The notes: generated from the letters alone by a model not told the origin. A stretch of 64,000 nucleotides of DNA from an uncultured Actinomycetota bacterium (GCA_963771335.1 CAVYTD010000024.1:98096-162095); one strand, 5' to 3'. Counted from the first letter of the stretch, positions 27,568 to 39,776 are shown. Translations and numbers: made by a program.

Positions 27568-30500
27568 ATGGCTGAAGCACAAGATGATTCGGGCATCGAG
27601 CCGGCTGCTGCCGGTACCGGTCCTGACATGACCGTCAACGAGATGCGTGAGTGGCTGCGCAACTGGATCGGCAACGCCACCGGGCAGTCTCCGGATTCGA
27701 TCAGCGAATCGACAGCGATGGTCGAACTCGGCCTGTCGTCGCGGGACGCGGTCGCGATGGCCAGCGACATCGAGGATCTCACCGGGGTGACGTTGACCGC
27801 CACGGTCGCGTTCCGGCACCCGACCATCGAAGCGCTGGCGACAGTCATCGTCGAGGGCGAGCCCGAAGTGGACATGTCCGCTCTGGACACCGAGGACTGG
27901 TCGCGCCACGCCGATGAGGTCGAGGAGGGCCGGCTGAACATCGCGATCGTCGGTGTGGCCACCCGCTTCCCGGGCGACATCAACACTCCCGACGAGATGT
28001 GGGCGGCGCTGCTCGAGGGTCGCGACGCGATCACCGACCTTCCGGAGGGGCGGTGGTCGGAGTTCCTGGCCGAGCCGCGAATCGCCGAGCGGGTCGCGAA
28101 GGCGCACACCCGCGGTGGCTACCTCTCGGACATCAAGGGCTTCGACTCCGAGTTCTTCGCTCTGTCGAAGATGGAGGCCGACAACATCGATCCGCAGCAG
28201 CGGATGGCGCTGGAGCTCACGTGGGAAGCGTTGGAGCACGCCCGGATTCCCGCGTCGAGCCTGCGCGGGCAGAGCGTCGGCGTGTACGTCGGCAGCTCGA
28301 CCAACGACTACCAGTTCCTGGCGTGTCGCCGACCCGTCGCGTCGCGCACCCTACGCGATCACCGGAACGGCGAGTTCGATCATCGCCAACCGGGTTTCGT
28401 ACTTCTACGATTTCCGCGGCCCGTCGATGACCATCGACACGGCGTGTTCGTCATCGCTGGTCGCCGCGCTCGAGGGCATCAAGGCATTGCGGGCCGGTGA
28501 CGCCGACGTGGTGATCGCCGGTGGTGTCAACGCGTTGATCACCCCTTTGGTGACAGTCGGTTTCGACGAGGTCGGCGGCGTGCTCGCTCCCGACGGCCGG
28601 ATCAAGTCGTTCTCGAAGGACGCCGACGGCTACGCCCGTTCCGAGGGCGGCGGAATGCTGGTGTTCAAGCGACTGGCCGACGCGCGCCGCGACGGTGATG
28701 AGATCCTGGCCGTGGTCGCAGGTGGCGCCGTCAACCACGACGGCCGGTCCAACGGCCTGCTCGCGCCCAACCCCGACGCGCAGGAAGCGGTGCTGCGCAA
28801 GGCGTACAAGGACGCAGGCATCGACCCCAGGACCGTCGACTACGTCGAGGCGCACGGCACGGGCACCATCCTCGGCGATCCGATCGAGGCCGACGCGCTG
28901 GGCCGCGTCATCGGCAGGGGACGTGCCGACGACAAACCCGCGCTCCTGGGTGCAGTGAAATCCAATGTGGGACATCTGGAGTCGGCTGCCGGAGCGGCAA
29001 GCCTCGCCAAGACGGCGTTGGCGCTCAAGTACGACAAGATCCCGCCAATCGATCAACTACGCCGGGCCCAACCCCTACATCGACTTCGACAAGGAACACC
29101 TCAAGGTCGTCGAGACCGTCACCGAGTGGCCCCGTTACAGCGGCAAGGCGATCGCCGGGGTGTCCGGGTTCGGCTTCGGTGGCGCCAATGCGCACCTGGT
29201 ACTTCGAGAGGTGCTGCCCAGCGACCTGGTCGAGCCTGAGCCCGCGGAGACCGTCGTCGAGGTGACGGCGGAGCCGAACCGGCAAACACAGTTCGTGGGC
29301 GGGGTCCGGATGGACGAGTACGGCGAGTTCGTCTATGAGGACGAGGATGACGACGATGACGCTCTGGACCAGCCCGCCGCCTCGGTCGATGAGGAGCCCG
29401 AACTGCCCGGGCTCACCGACGAGGCGCTGCGCCTGCTGGAGGTGGCCCGCGAGGAGCTCGCCGCCGAGCAGGCCGAGAACCCGACCGCAAAGCTTGTGCC
29501 GCTGGCAGTTTCAGGATTCCTGACGTCCCGCAAGAAAGCCGCAGCCGCCGAGCTCGCCGACTGGATCGACAGCCCGGAGGGCCGGGCGTCGTCGCTGGAG
29601 TCCATCGGGCGCTCGCTGTCGAGGCGCAATCACGGCCGCTCCCGCGCGGTGGTGCTGGCCCACGACCACGACGAGGCGATCAAGGGGCTGCGTGCCCTCG
29701 CCGAGGGTAAGCCGAACCCGATCGTGCTCAGCGCCGACGGCCCGGTCACCAACGGCCCGGTCTGGGTGCTGGCCGGATTCGGCGCCCAGCACCGCAAGAT
29801 GGCCAAGAGCCTGTATCTGCGGGACGAGACGTTCGCCGAGTGGATCAACAAGGTCGACGCGCTGGTCCAGGATGAGCTCGGCTACTCCGTCGTCGAGCTG
29901 ATCCTCGACGACGCACAGGACTACGGCATCGAGACCACGCAGGTCACCATCTTCGCGATCCAGGTCGCGCTCGGCGAGCTACTCAAGGCGCATGGCGCGA
30001 AACCCGGTGCGCTGATCGGCCAGTCGCTGGGGGAGGCGGCGGCCGCTTACTTCGCCGGTGGATTGTCGCTGGCCGACGCGACCCGCACGATCTGCTCGCG
30101 CTCGCACCTGATGGGTGAGGGTGAGGCGATGCTGTTCGGCGAGTACATCCGCCTGATGGCGTTGGTGGAGTACTCCGCCGAGGAGATCGAGACGGTGTTC
30201 AAGGAGACGGAAGCTTCAAGGACCTCGAGGTGTGCGTGTACGCCGCGCCGTCCCAGACGGTCATCGGTGGCCCGCCGGATCAGGTGGACGCGATCATCGC
30301 GCGCGCCGAGTCAGAGGGTAAGTTCGCCCGCAAGTTCCAGACCAAGGGCGCCAGCCATACCTCCCAGATGGATCCGCTGCTGGGGGAGCTCGCCGCCGAA
30401 CTGCAGGGAATCGACGCACATTCGCTGCAGGTCCCGTATTACTCGACGGTGCACGAGGGCAACCTCGTCCGTGCCGGGGCGGACCCGATCCACGACGTGG

Positions 30501-33122
30501 ACTACTGGAAAAAGGGTCTGCGGCACAGCGTCTACTTCACCCACGGCATCCGCAACGCCGTCGACAACGGCCACACCACCTTCCTGGAGCTGGCGCCCAA
30601 TCCGGTCGCGCTCATGCAGGTGGGGCTGACGACGGCGTCCGCCGGACTGCACGATGCGCAGCTGATCGCGACGTTGGCGCGCAAGCAGGACGAGGTGGAC
30701 TCGATGACCACCGCAATGGCGAATCTGTTCGTCTACGGTCACGACCTGGATTTCCGCACGCTGTTTCCGCGGCGCTCGCGGGGTCTGGCAGGCGCGCTCG
30801 ATTTCGCCGACATCCCGCCGACCCGGTTCCGCCGCAAGGAGCACTGGCTCGACGCGCACTTCACCGGCGACAGCTCGGCCGTCATCCCAGGCAACCACGT
30901 CGCGACACCTGACGGCAGGCACGTCTTCGAGTACAGTGCCCGCGGTGCGGTGAACACTGAAGCTCTGGCAGCGCTGGTGAAAGCCGCTGCGGCCGTGGTC
31001 CTTCCGGACTCCAAGCTGGTCGCCTCGGAGCAGCGCGCGGTGCCCGGTGAGGGCTCGCGGCTGGTGACCACGCTGACGCGTCACCCCGGCGGCGCCAGTG
31101 TGCAGGTGCACGCACGCTCCGATAACGGGGGCGAGTCTTCCTTTACCCTGGTCTACGACGCGATCGTCAGCCGTGATGGCGCGGCGACCGCGCTGCCGAC
31201 TGGGGGCACCTCCCGCTTGCCGGGGACTGTCGGCGCAGGCACGATCGCCGAGATCGCCGCGACCCCGGTGGTCGAGGAGCCCGAGGAGACCGAGGAGTTC
31301 GTCGCCGACAACCTGACTGCAGGCGCCAATCTCGGTGCGGGCTTTGCGAAGTGGTCGCCGGACTCCGGTGAGACCATCGGCGAGCGGCTGGGGACCATCG
31401 TCGGCACGGCGATGGGCTACGAGCCCGAGGACCTGCCCTGGGAGGTGCCGCTGATCGAGCTCGGCCTCGACTCGCTGATGGCGGTGCGGATCAAGAACCG
31501 CGTCGAGTACGACTTCGACCTGCCGCCGATCCAGCTGACGGCGGTGCGCGACGCCAACCTCTACGCCGTCGAGAAGCTCATCGCGTATGCGGTCGAGCAC
31601 CGCGACGAGGTCAGCGATCTCGCCGAGCAGCAGAAGGGGCAGACCGCCGAGGAGATCGCCGCGGCGCAGGCCGAGCTGATGGGCGGGGCGACCACCGTCG
31701 CCGAACTCGAGGCCAAGCTCGCCGAGGCGGGCCATCCCATCGCGGAGCCGGAGGCGACCCATGTCGCGGAGCCGGAGGCGACCATGTCGCGGAGCCGGAG
31801 GCGAGGCCCATGTTCGCGAGCCGGAGGCGACCCATGTCGCGGAGCCGGAGGCGACCCATGTCGCGGAGCCGGACTCCGAAGTGGCGATCGCCGCGGGAAC
31901 CGAAGCGCCGCTGGGCATCCCGCCGCCGCCCACCGATCCGTCCGGCCCGTCCCCGGTGAACGGCGCGGCCGACAAGCCGTCCGCGGCGGGGTTGGCTGCC
32001 CAAGTGCTCACCCAGCAGGCGGTGACCGAGGCGCTGGGCGCCGACGTCCCGCCCCGCGACGCCGCCGAGCGGGTCACGTTCGCCACGTGGGCGATCGTCA
32101 CCGGGAAGTCCCCCGGCGGCGTCTTCAACGAGCTGCCGTCGCTGGACGCTGCGACGGCCGAGAAAGTGGCGCAACGGCTTTCGGAGCGTGCCGAGGGCAC
32201 CATCACCGCCGAGCAGGTCACCGGGGCACGCACCATCCAGGATCTGTCCAGCATCGTGCGCGACCTGATGGACGCCGGTGAGCTCGACGGCTTCGTCCGC
32301 ACACTGCGGGCCAGGCCCGAGGGCTCCACCCGGATCCCGGTGTTCGTCTTCCACCCGGCCGGCGGCTCCACCGTCGTCTACGAGCCACTGATGAAGCGGC
32401 TGCCCGCGGACACCCCGGTGTACGGGCTCGAGCGGGTCGAGGGCTCCATCGAGGAGCGGGCCGCGCAGTACGTGCCGAAGCTGATGGAGATCCAGGGCGA
32501 TGGCCCCTACATCCTGACCGGCTGGTCGCTGGGTGGCGCGCTGGCCTACGCCTGCGCGGTCGGGCTCAAGCGAAACGGCGCCGACGTCCGGTTCGTCGGC
32601 CTGATCGACACCGTGCGTGCCGGCGAGGAGGTCCCGCAGACCAAGGAGGAGATCCGCGCCCGGTGGGACCGCTACGCCCTGTTCGCGCAGCGCACCTTCA
32701 ACGTCGAAATCCCGGCGATCCCCTACGAGCAACTCGAGGAGCTCGACGACGAGGGCCAGGTGCGGTTCGTCCTGGACGCGGTGCAGGGCAGTGGGGTCGA
32801 CATCCCCGGCGGCATCATCGAGCACCAGCGCACGTCCTACCTGGACAACCGGGCGCTCGACACCGCCGAGATCGAGCAGTACGACGGGCACGTCACGCTC
32901 TATATGGCCGACCGGTACCACGATGACGCGATCATGTTCGAACCGCGTTACGCCATCAGGCAACCCGATGGCGGCTGGGGTGAATTCGTCGCTGACCTCG
33001 AGGTGGTGCCCATCGGGGGCGAGCACATCCAGGCCATCGACGAGCCGTACATTGCAAAGGTCGGCGCCCACATGAGCGAGGCGATCAGTCAAATTCAGGC
33101 TCAGGAGACCACAGCCAAGTGA
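27568..33122 (+). CDS. pks13: Mycolate condensase Pks13 (ACP-KS-AT-ACP-TE), several indels
   Basis: [43 protein letters not shown]. Confidence 0.97.
31198..31229 (+). repeat. MIRU-like 27-bp in-frame insertion in pks13
   Basis: tgggggcacctcccgcttgccgggga flanked by GACTG direct repeats 27 bp apart. Confidence 0.6.
31740..31874 (+). repeat. 24-bp coding VNTR in the Pks13 ACP-TE linker (AEPEATHV, about 5.5 copies)
   Basis: gcggagccggaggcgacccatgtc units; the middle copies are degraded. Confidence 0.9.
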
Positions 33123-34690
33123 CAGCAGAATCTCTCCCCCAGGCCACGGCGACCACCGCCGAGAAACTCGCCGAGCTGCGCGAGAAGCTGGAGCTCGCCA
33201 AGGAACCGGGCGGAGAGAAGGCCGTGGCCAAACGGGACAAGAAGGGCATCCCGAGCGCACGGGCACGCATCTACTCGCTTCTCGACCCGGGTAGCTTCCT
33301 GGAGATCGGCGCCCTTGCCAAGACGCCGGGCGATCCCAACGCTCTCTTCGGGGACGGCGTCGTCACCGGCCACGGCACCATCGACGGGCGACCCGTCGGG
33401 GTGTTCAGCCACGACCAGACGGTCTTCCAGGGTTCGGTCGGGGAGATGTTCGGCCGCAAGGTCGCCCGCCTGATGGAGTGGGTGGCCATGGTCGGCTGCC
33501 CGATCATCGGTATCAACGACTCCGGCGGCGCGCGCATCCAGGACGCGGCGACGTCACTGGCCTGGTACGCCGAGCTCGGCCGTCGCCACGAGCTGCTGCG
33601 CGGCCTGGTGCCGGAGGTCTCGCTGATCTTCGGTAAGTGTGCAGGCGGCGCGGTGTACTCACCGATCCAGACCGACCTGGTGGTCGCGGTGCGCGACCAG
33701 GGCTACATGTTCGTCACCGGCCCCGACGTCATCAAGGACGTCACCGGTGAGGACGTCACACTCGACGAACTGGGCGGCGCCGACGCGCAGGCCCGGTACG
33801 GCAACATCCATCAGGTGGTGGAGTCCGAGGCCGCGGCGTTCGAGTACGTACGGAACTACCTGAGCTTCCTGCCCGCCAACACGTTCGACGACGCGCCCGT
33901 CGTCAACCCCGGCCTCGAGCCGGAGATCACCCCGCACGACCTCGAACTGGACTCGATCGTTCCGGATGCGGACAACCAGGCCTACGACATGATGGAGATC
34001 CTGCTGCGGATCTTCGACGACGGCGACGTGTTCCCGGTCGGCGAACAGTCCGGCCCGGCGATCATCACCGCGTTCGCCCGCGTCGACGGCCGCCCGGTCG
34101 GGGTCATCGCCAACCAGCCGATGTACATGTCGGGAGCGATCGACAACGAGGCATCCGACAAGGCCGCCAGGTTCGTCCGGTTCTGCGACTCTTTCAACAC
34201 CCCGCTGATCTTCGTCGTCGACACCCCCGGCTTCATGCCGGGCGTCGAGCAGGAGAAGGGCGGCATCATCAAACGCGGCGGCCGGTTCCTCAACGCCGTC
34301 GTGGAGGCCGACGTCCCGAAGGTGACCATCACGGTGCGCAAGTCCTACGGCGGCGCCTACGCGGTGATGGGCTCCAAGCAGCTCACCGCCGACCTGAACT
34401 TCGCCTGGCCGACCGCGCGCATCGCCGTGATCGGCGCCGAGGGCGCCGCTCAGCTGCTGGTGAAGCGCTTCCCGGATCCGACCGCGCCCGAGGTGCAGAA
34501 GATCAAGGCCGAGTTCATCGAGGGCTACAACGCCAACATGGCGGTGCCGTGGGTGGCGGCCGAGCGCGGCTTCATCGACGGCGTCATCGAGCCACACAAA
34601 ACCCGGCTGCTGCTGCGCAAGTCGCTGCACCTGCTCAGGGACAAGCAGATCCAACGCGTGCAGCGAAAGCACGGCCTGACCCCCATCTAA
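33119..34690 (+). CDS. accD4: Acyl-CoA carboxylase beta subunit AccD4
   Basis: [38 protein letters not shown]; overlaps the pks13 stop. Confidence 0.97.
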   Translation: MTAESLPQATATTAEKLAELREKLELAKEPGGEKAVAKRDKKGIPSARARIYSLLDPGSFLEIGALAKTPGDPNALFGDGVVTGHGTIDGRPVGVFSHDQTVFQGSVGEMFGRKVARLMEWVAMVGCPIIGINDSGGARIQDAATSLAWYAELGRRHELLRGLVPEVSLIFGKCAGGAVYSPIQTDLVVAVRDQGYMFVTGPDVIKDVTGEDVTLDELGGADAQARYGNIHQVVESEAAAFEYVRNYLSFLPANTFDDAPVVNPGLEPEITPHDLELDSIVPDADNQAYDMMEILLRIFDDGDVFPVGEQSGPAIITAFARVDGRPVGVIANQPMYMSGAIDNEASDKAARFVRFCDSFNTPLIFVVDTPGFMPGVEQEKGGIIKRGGRFLNAVVEADVPKVTITVRKSYGGAYAVMGSKQLTADLNFAWPTARIAVIGAEGAAQLLVKRFPDPTAPEVQKIKAEFIEGYNANMAVPWVAAERGFIDGVIEPHKTRLLLRKSLHLLRDKQIQRVQRKHGLTPI

Positions 34691-34693
34691 CAG

Positions 34694-34722
34694 CTGCAAG
34701 CGCGCCGCAGCGATGCTGCAAC
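34694..34722 (+). promoter_or_regulatory. Three phased heptamers, candidate SARP/BTAD operator
   Basis: CTGCAAG (34694), CCGCAGC (34705) and CTGCAAC (34716), 11-bp period, upstream of the methyltransferase. Confidence 0.55.
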
Positions 34723-34767
34723 GTCGCTCACCGATCCTGTCGTGGAAACCCCAGACAGGAGATCAAC

Positions 34768-35850
34768 ATGACGACCACGCTCGACACTTCGGCAGCCACG
34801 CTCACCACCGATGGGTTCGCCGAGAAGATTTTCGATGCGGTGCGCGGGGCCGCGCAGGTGCAGGCGCTGTACCTGGGTGACCGGCTCGGCTGGTACCGGG
34901 TACTGAGCGAGGAAGGCCCACTGACGGCGGCAGAGTTGGCACACCGTACCGGAACCGTCGAACGGTATGCCCGGGAGTGGCTCGAACACCAGACGGTGTC
35001 TGGCATCGTCGCCGCCGACCTGAACGCCGAACCCGTGCGCTTTGCGCTTCCTCGCGATTACGCCGCCGTACTGGTCGACGCCGACAGCACGAGCTATCTG
35101 GCACCGATGGCCCGGTTCTTCACCGCGACCGGTTTCCACCTACACGATCTCGTGCAGGCATACCGCAATGGCGGTGGCGTTTCCTGGGAGGAATTGGGAA
35201 CCGATGCCCGTGAGGCGCAGAGTGCGATCAACCGGCCGATGTTCCTTCGTCAACTCACCACTGAACTGCTGCCGCAGGTTCCCGACGTGCAGAAGCTACT
35301 CGAGGACGGTGCACGCGTGGCCGATATCGGTTGCGGGGAAGGATGGTCGGCTATCGCCCTGGCGCTGGGTTATCCGGCCTGCGAGATCGACGGCTTCGAC
35401 ATCGACCAACCATCGATCACGGCTGCCAAGCGCAACGCGGCTGTCCACGGTGTCGCCGACAGGACCACGTTCACCGCGGCCGACGCCGCCGCGTTGCCAC
35501 CCGCCGGTTATGACGCGGTCTTCGCGTTCGAGTGCATCCACGATCTGCCCCACCCGGTCGGGGTGCTGAAGAACATGAGGCGGATCGCCAAACCCGGCGC
35601 ACCCGTTATCGTCATGGACGAACGCACCGCCGACGCGTTCCATCCTGATGCCGGTCCGGTGGAAGAGTTGCTCTACGGCTACTCGATCCTGTGCTGCCTG
35701 CCCGACGGAATGTCCCATGGCGACAGTGCCGCCACCGGGACGGTGATGAGGGCGTCCACACTCGACGACTATGCCCGTTCGGCCGGGTTCGGCGGGGCGA
35801 CTCCGTTAGCGGTCGAGCACGACTTCTTCCGCTTCTACCGGTTGCAGTGA
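34768..35850 (+). CDS. SAM-dependent methyltransferase with N-terminal wHTH (Rv2258c-like)
   Basis: LGDRLGWY..ERYAREWL, VADIGCGEG, FECIHD; GGAG RBS. Confidence 0.9.
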   Translation: MTTTLDTSAATLTTDGFAEKIFDAVRGAAQVQALYLGDRLGWYRVLSEEGPLTAAELAHRTGTVERYAREWLEHQTVSGIVAADLNAEPVRFALPRDYAAVLVDADSTSYLAPMARFFTATGFHLHDLVQAYRNGGGVSWEELGTDAREAQSAINRPMFLRQLTTELLPQVPDVQKLLEDGARVADIGCGEGWSAIALALGYPACEIDGFDIDQPSITAAKRNAAVHGVADRTTFTAADAAALPPAGYDAVFAFECIHDLPHPVGVLKNMRRIAKPGAPVIVMDERTADAFHPDAGPVEELLYGYSILCCLPDGMSHGDSAATGTVMRASTLDDYARSAGFGGATPLAVEHDFFRFYRLQ

Positions 35851-38649
35851 TTCGAGCAAACCACGGATCGTCCTGATCGCGAAGCGACCTGCTGTGGCCA
35901 GATCGAGGGCGCTGCCGACCGCTCGTTGCTGTGTGTAGTCGGTAGCGCCCAGCGCGTCGGCCAGTGCTGACTCGGCCGCCGACAACCGTGCCAATTCCTC
36001 GCCGTACGTGGGGGTCTGGTCAGGGCGGGTGACGGAGCCCAGACATCTTGCTGCCGCCTCGAACGCTGCAACCTCGGTGAGGGTCGGCACCAGGTTGCGC
36101 ATGGTGGTCAACAAGTGCGACCACGACCCCACTTCCACGTACCGCTCGATCACGTCGGCATACAGCGGAAGTGCGACGGCGGCCGGCGCGTGGCGCGACT
36201 GCAGCGTGATCGCCGACACCCTCGCCACGCCGCCGACATAGTGGCTGTCGGCTGCGTCGGCGAGCTCGATGGCCCGCGCAAACGCCGCCAGCGCGGTCTC
36301 AGGATCGTCGTCCAGCAGCACCTCCCCATGCAGGTAGGCCAGCCAGCTCTTCTGACTGTTACTCAATTCGGCCGCGGCGAAGCGAGTATCGATCTCCTCG
36401 AGCGACTTCCGTGCCTCGCCCTTCTTGCCCCCGTAGGCCAACGACATCGCTCCGCCCACGTAGCCCATCAGTTCGTAGTAGGTCTCGCCGGCCCGCCTGC
36501 CCACAACCACCAGCTCAGACCACCAGCGGACGGCGCTCTCGAGATCACCCAGGAAAATCGAAGCGTCCCCCAGTGATTCCAATGCGCGACAACGGGTCTG
36601 ATCGTCGGCGGCGTCGATCAGCGCGCTGCGGGCACGCTGCTGGGCGGTGTCGAGTTGCTCAGCGATGACCGACCGGTAGGAGAGCGAGGAATCGACCGCT
36701 GCCCTCAGGGCCGGTCGGTCCTGCACCAGAGGTGACAGCTTGGCGGCCCAGCCAAGCAATTCAGTCTGCAGTCGCGATACCCCGAACCTGTGCAGCGACA
36801 TGGACATCCGCACAGCGGTTTCGACATCTGCGCGCCGGGCGCAGGCGTGCGCCACGCGGAGTTCGTCGATGAGTTCGACGAGTCGATGATGGGCGGTGGG
36901 CTCGTCGGGCGTCTCCAAGGCTGCTGCCGCCTGTGCCGCCGCCGCCGCAAAGTGCTCCATGTGTCGGCGCGCAGTCGCCGTCGAGGCAGGACCGACAACC
37001 GAGCGCACTGTCTGTAGCATGCGGTAATACGTTCTGCCAGCGCGTATTTCTATGCTGAGCAAGGAACATCCGGCAAGCTCGCTGATCACTGCGCGTGAGA
37101 CCTGCAGCACCGCCTGCGCATCGCTCAAGCTGACGGCGCCGGCGAAGACAGTCCATTGGGCCAGTGCTTCCTTGGTGTGGTCTGGGAGAAGTCGCTCGGA
37201 CCATTCGATTGCCGCGCGCAGAGTCCGGTGTCGGGGCTCCCCACCCCGACGGGACAAGCGGTCCAACTGCGCGCCAACATCGGCGATACCCAGGGTCGCG
37301 ACTTGTGCCGCCGCCAGTTCGATGGCCAACGGCAGACCGTCAAGTCGACGCACGATCGCAGTGATCGCACCGGCGTCTGTCTCGCCGACCGAGCCCGGCC
37401 GGGACGCGTCCGCTCGGCGGCGGAAGTACTCCTGGGCCGGCGAATCGGTCTGTGAGCAATCCAGCGGCTCGAGCGGCCAGGCGTGTTCGGCGGGCATCCC
37501 CAGCAGTTCACGGCTCGTGGCGACGACGCGCAGGGTGGATGCGTCATGACCAAGCACGGCACCGAGCACGTCGCATACGGTGTCCAGGACGTGCTCGCAA
37601 TTGTCGAGCAGGACAACCAGGTCCATGAAGCGGGCACGCCGCAGCACAGCAAGGGCGGGGCTACCGTCGCTGGTCAATCCGAGGGCGCTGACCACCGCGT
37701 CCGGCACAGCCGAAGCATCGGTGATCGCCGCCAGTTCGACGACGCGCATGCCGCCGGTATGAACCGCGGCGCGACGGCGCGTGACTTCGCGGGCCAAGGC
37801 CGTCTTGCCGACCCCGCCGGGCCCGACAATCGTGACCAGAGGCTGCCGGTCAACGAGCTCAGCCAGCGCGGCAAGGTCCGGGTCACGGCCCAGCAGAAGC
37901 GCGCCATGGGGTGGCGGAGCCGATGGTGTCGAAAGTGGGGCGGGCGTGTCGAAGGCGTCGCTTTCGGCCTGCCGCAGTCGCTTGGAAGGTTCGAGCCCGA
38001 CGGCAGACAGCTCGTCGTAGGCCCGGCGGTAGGCCTGCAACGCGTCGGCCGCGCGGCCCGAGGCGCTCAGCGCGCGGATGAGGGTCTCCCACGCGGACTC
38101 GTCGAGCGGCAATTCTGCGAGTAGCCCCTCGGCCTCCGCTACGGCAGAGCCGAATTCACCGGATCGCAGCAGTGCGTCGGCAAGTCGCTTACGGGCGCTG
38201 ACCCTGAGGTGCTCCAAGGCGCGGGCCTGCGCGCAGACGGCCTCGGCGTCGGCCAACTCGCCGAAGGCGTCGCCGCGCCATAGCCCGATGGCGGATTGCA
38301 GCGCCTCCGCGGCGGCTGGCGGGTTCAGCAACTTGGCCGCAGCGACTCGGCGCTCGAACTCGATGGAGTCGAGCCGAATGTCGTTGGTGCGCAGACACAA
38401 TCCACCGCCACTGGCAACGATGGATGTCCCGAATGCGGTCCGAAGGCGAGACACGTAGCTTCGCAATGTCCGTTCGGCGCTCGGTGGCGGATCGGTTCCC
38501 CACAAGGCGTCGATAAGGGTGTCGGCGCGCACGTGGTGATCCGGATGAGCCGCCAGTACCGCCAGGATAATGCGCTGGTTGGGGCTGGTCGGCGTGACAT
38601 CCTGTCCGTCGACGAACACCTCGATGGGTCCGAGGACCCGTACGTCCAT
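35806..38649 (-). CDS. AfsR/SARP-type regulator (OmpR-like wHTH, BTAD, STAND ATPase, TPR-like tail)
   Basis: MDVRVLGPI, LRSYVSRLR, LWRGDAF, GPGGVGKT, LDNCEH, LDGLPLAIELAA. Confidence 0.92.
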   Translation of the reverse strand: MDVRVLGPIEVFVDGQDVTPTSPNQRIILAVLAAHPDHHVRADTLIDALWGTDPPPSAERTLRSYVSRLRTAFGTSIVASGGGLCLRTNDIRLDSIEFERRVAAAKLLNPPAAAEALQSAIGLWRGDAFGELADAEAVCAQARALEHLRVSARKRLADALLRSGEFGSAVAEAEGLLAELPLDESAWETLIRALSASGRAADALQAYRRAYDELSAVGLEPSKRLRQAESDAFDTPAPLSTPSAPPPHGALLLGRDPDLAALAELVDRQPLVTIVGPGGVGKTALAREVTRRRAAVHTGGMRVVELAAITDASAVPDAVVSALGLTSDGSPALAVLRRARFMDLVVLLDNCEHVLDTVCDVLGAVLGHDASTLRVVATSRELLGMPAEHAWPLEPLDCSQTDSPAQEYFRRRADASRPGSVGETDAGAITAIVRRLDGLPLAIELAAAQVATLGIADVGAQLDRLSRRGGEPRHRTLRAAIEWSERLLPDHTKEALAQWTVFAGAVSLSDAQAVLQVSRAVISELAGCSLLSIEIRAGRTYYRMLQTVRSVVGPASTATARRHMEHFAAAAAQAAAALETPDEPTAHHRLVELIDELRVAHACARRADVETAVRMSMSLHRFGVSRLQTELLGWAAKLSPLVQDRPALRAAVDSSLSYRSVIAEQLDTAQQRARSALIDAADDQTRCRALESLGDASIFLGDLESAVRWWSELVVVGRRAGETYYELMGYVGGAMSLAYGGKKGEARKSLEEIDTRFAAAELSNSQKSWLAYLHGEVLLDDDPETALAAFARAIELADAADSHYVGGVARVSAITLQSRHAPAAVALPLYADVIERYVEVGSWSHLLTTMRNLVPTLTEVAAFEAAARCLGSVTRPDQTPTYGEELARLSAAESALADALGATDYTQQRAVGSALDLATAGRFAIRTIRGLLESLQPVEAEEVVLDR

Positions 38650-38846
38650 GGCCAGACAATAGGCGCAGCCGGCTGTCAGCCGGGCGCGGAACGTCGACAA
38701 AGCAAACGACGCGGGCGGCAGGCTCAATCACAATCTGCGCGCAATGCCCGCTTGAGTCCTGGCCGCAGCGGCAATCACCGTCGGCCGCGGTGCACTGGCG
38801 CACGCCGCTTGCTGCCACCGCGTCGTGCATGCGGTTGGATGGACCT

Positions 38847-39776
38847 GTGCCGAACCACTTCACGGGCCTGAGCGTCGGCCCGCCGCTGGGCGACCCGCGG
38901 CTGGATCTCCGCGACCTCTACGTGTTCTCCGTGCCCACCGATCCCACGCGGACCGTGCTCGTCCTGACCGCCGCTCCCCAAGCCGGTGCACTGCACCCTG
39001 ACGCGGTGTACCGGCTGGCGATCGATTTCAACGGTGATCTGCGCAATGACATCGCGTTCAGCTTCGTCTACTCCGAGCCGGTCGACGGTCGCCAGAAGGT
39101 GGACGTCTATCTGGCCGTCGGCAACGAAGCCTCAGCCGTCGCCGCCGTCGGGTCCCGGATCTTCGGCGACCTCGAGGTGTCGGTCGGTGACCCCCCCACG
39201 TCCGTGAGCTCGGGTGGGTTCTCGTTCTTCGCCGGAGTCCGCAGCGACCCGTCCTTCGTCGACCTCGACGGCACCGGCCGGGACTCGCACGCCGCGGCCA
39301 ACGTCATCGCGATGGTCCTCGAACTCCCCACCGGGTACCTGAGTGCCAGTCCCGATGTCCGGATCTGGGGCCGCTGCAGTCTGCGCAGGGACGGCACGTG
39401 GTTCCATGCGGACCGGGCCGGCCATCCGTCCCTCGGCGGCTTTCTCACCAGCGACGACACCACCGCGGAGTACAACGCCGGCGAGCCGAACCGCGACAGG
39501 GAACGCTGGATGGGGCCGCTCATCGAGGTGATGGCCCGCGTCGGGGGGTACACCCGGGACGAGGCGATCGCTGCGATCGACGCCGAGGGCACGCTTCCCG
39601 ACGTGCTGACGTTCAACCCGTCCCAGCCGGCGAAGTACCCGAACGGGCGCACCCTGACCGACGACGTCATCGGCCATCGCGTTGCGTTCCTGACCAACGG
39701 GCAGGGCCCGCCGTCGGGGCTGAGCCCGCACACCGACATCCTCCCCGAGTTCCCGTACCTCGGGGCGCCGCACTGA
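38847..39776 (+). CDS. DUF4331-like protein
   Basis: RLDLRDLYVF, FAGVRSDP, YPNGRTLTDD, FPYLGAPH C-terminus. Confidence 0.75.
   Translation: MPNHFTGLSVGPPLGDPRLDLRDLYVFSVPTDPTRTVLVLTAAPQAGALHPDAVYRLAIDFNGDLRNDIAFSFVYSEPVDGRQKVDVYLAVGNEASAVAAVGSRIFGDLEVSVGDPPTSVSSGGFSFFAGVRSDPSFVDLDGTGRDSHAAANVIAMVLELPTGYLSASPDVRIWGRCSLRRDGTWFHADRAGHPSLGGFLTSDDTTAEYNAGEPNRDRERWMGPLIEVMARVGGYTRDEAIAAIDAEGTLPDVLTFNPSQPAKYPNGRTLTDDVIGHRVAFLTNGQGPPSGLSPHTDILPEFPYLGAPH

Noticed and set aside
31740-31874. Possible CRISPR array in the short repeats (also 47056-47138 and 14030-14260)
   Set aside because: Units are head-to-tail with no unique spacers, have lengths divisible by three within CDSs, and no cas genes are present.
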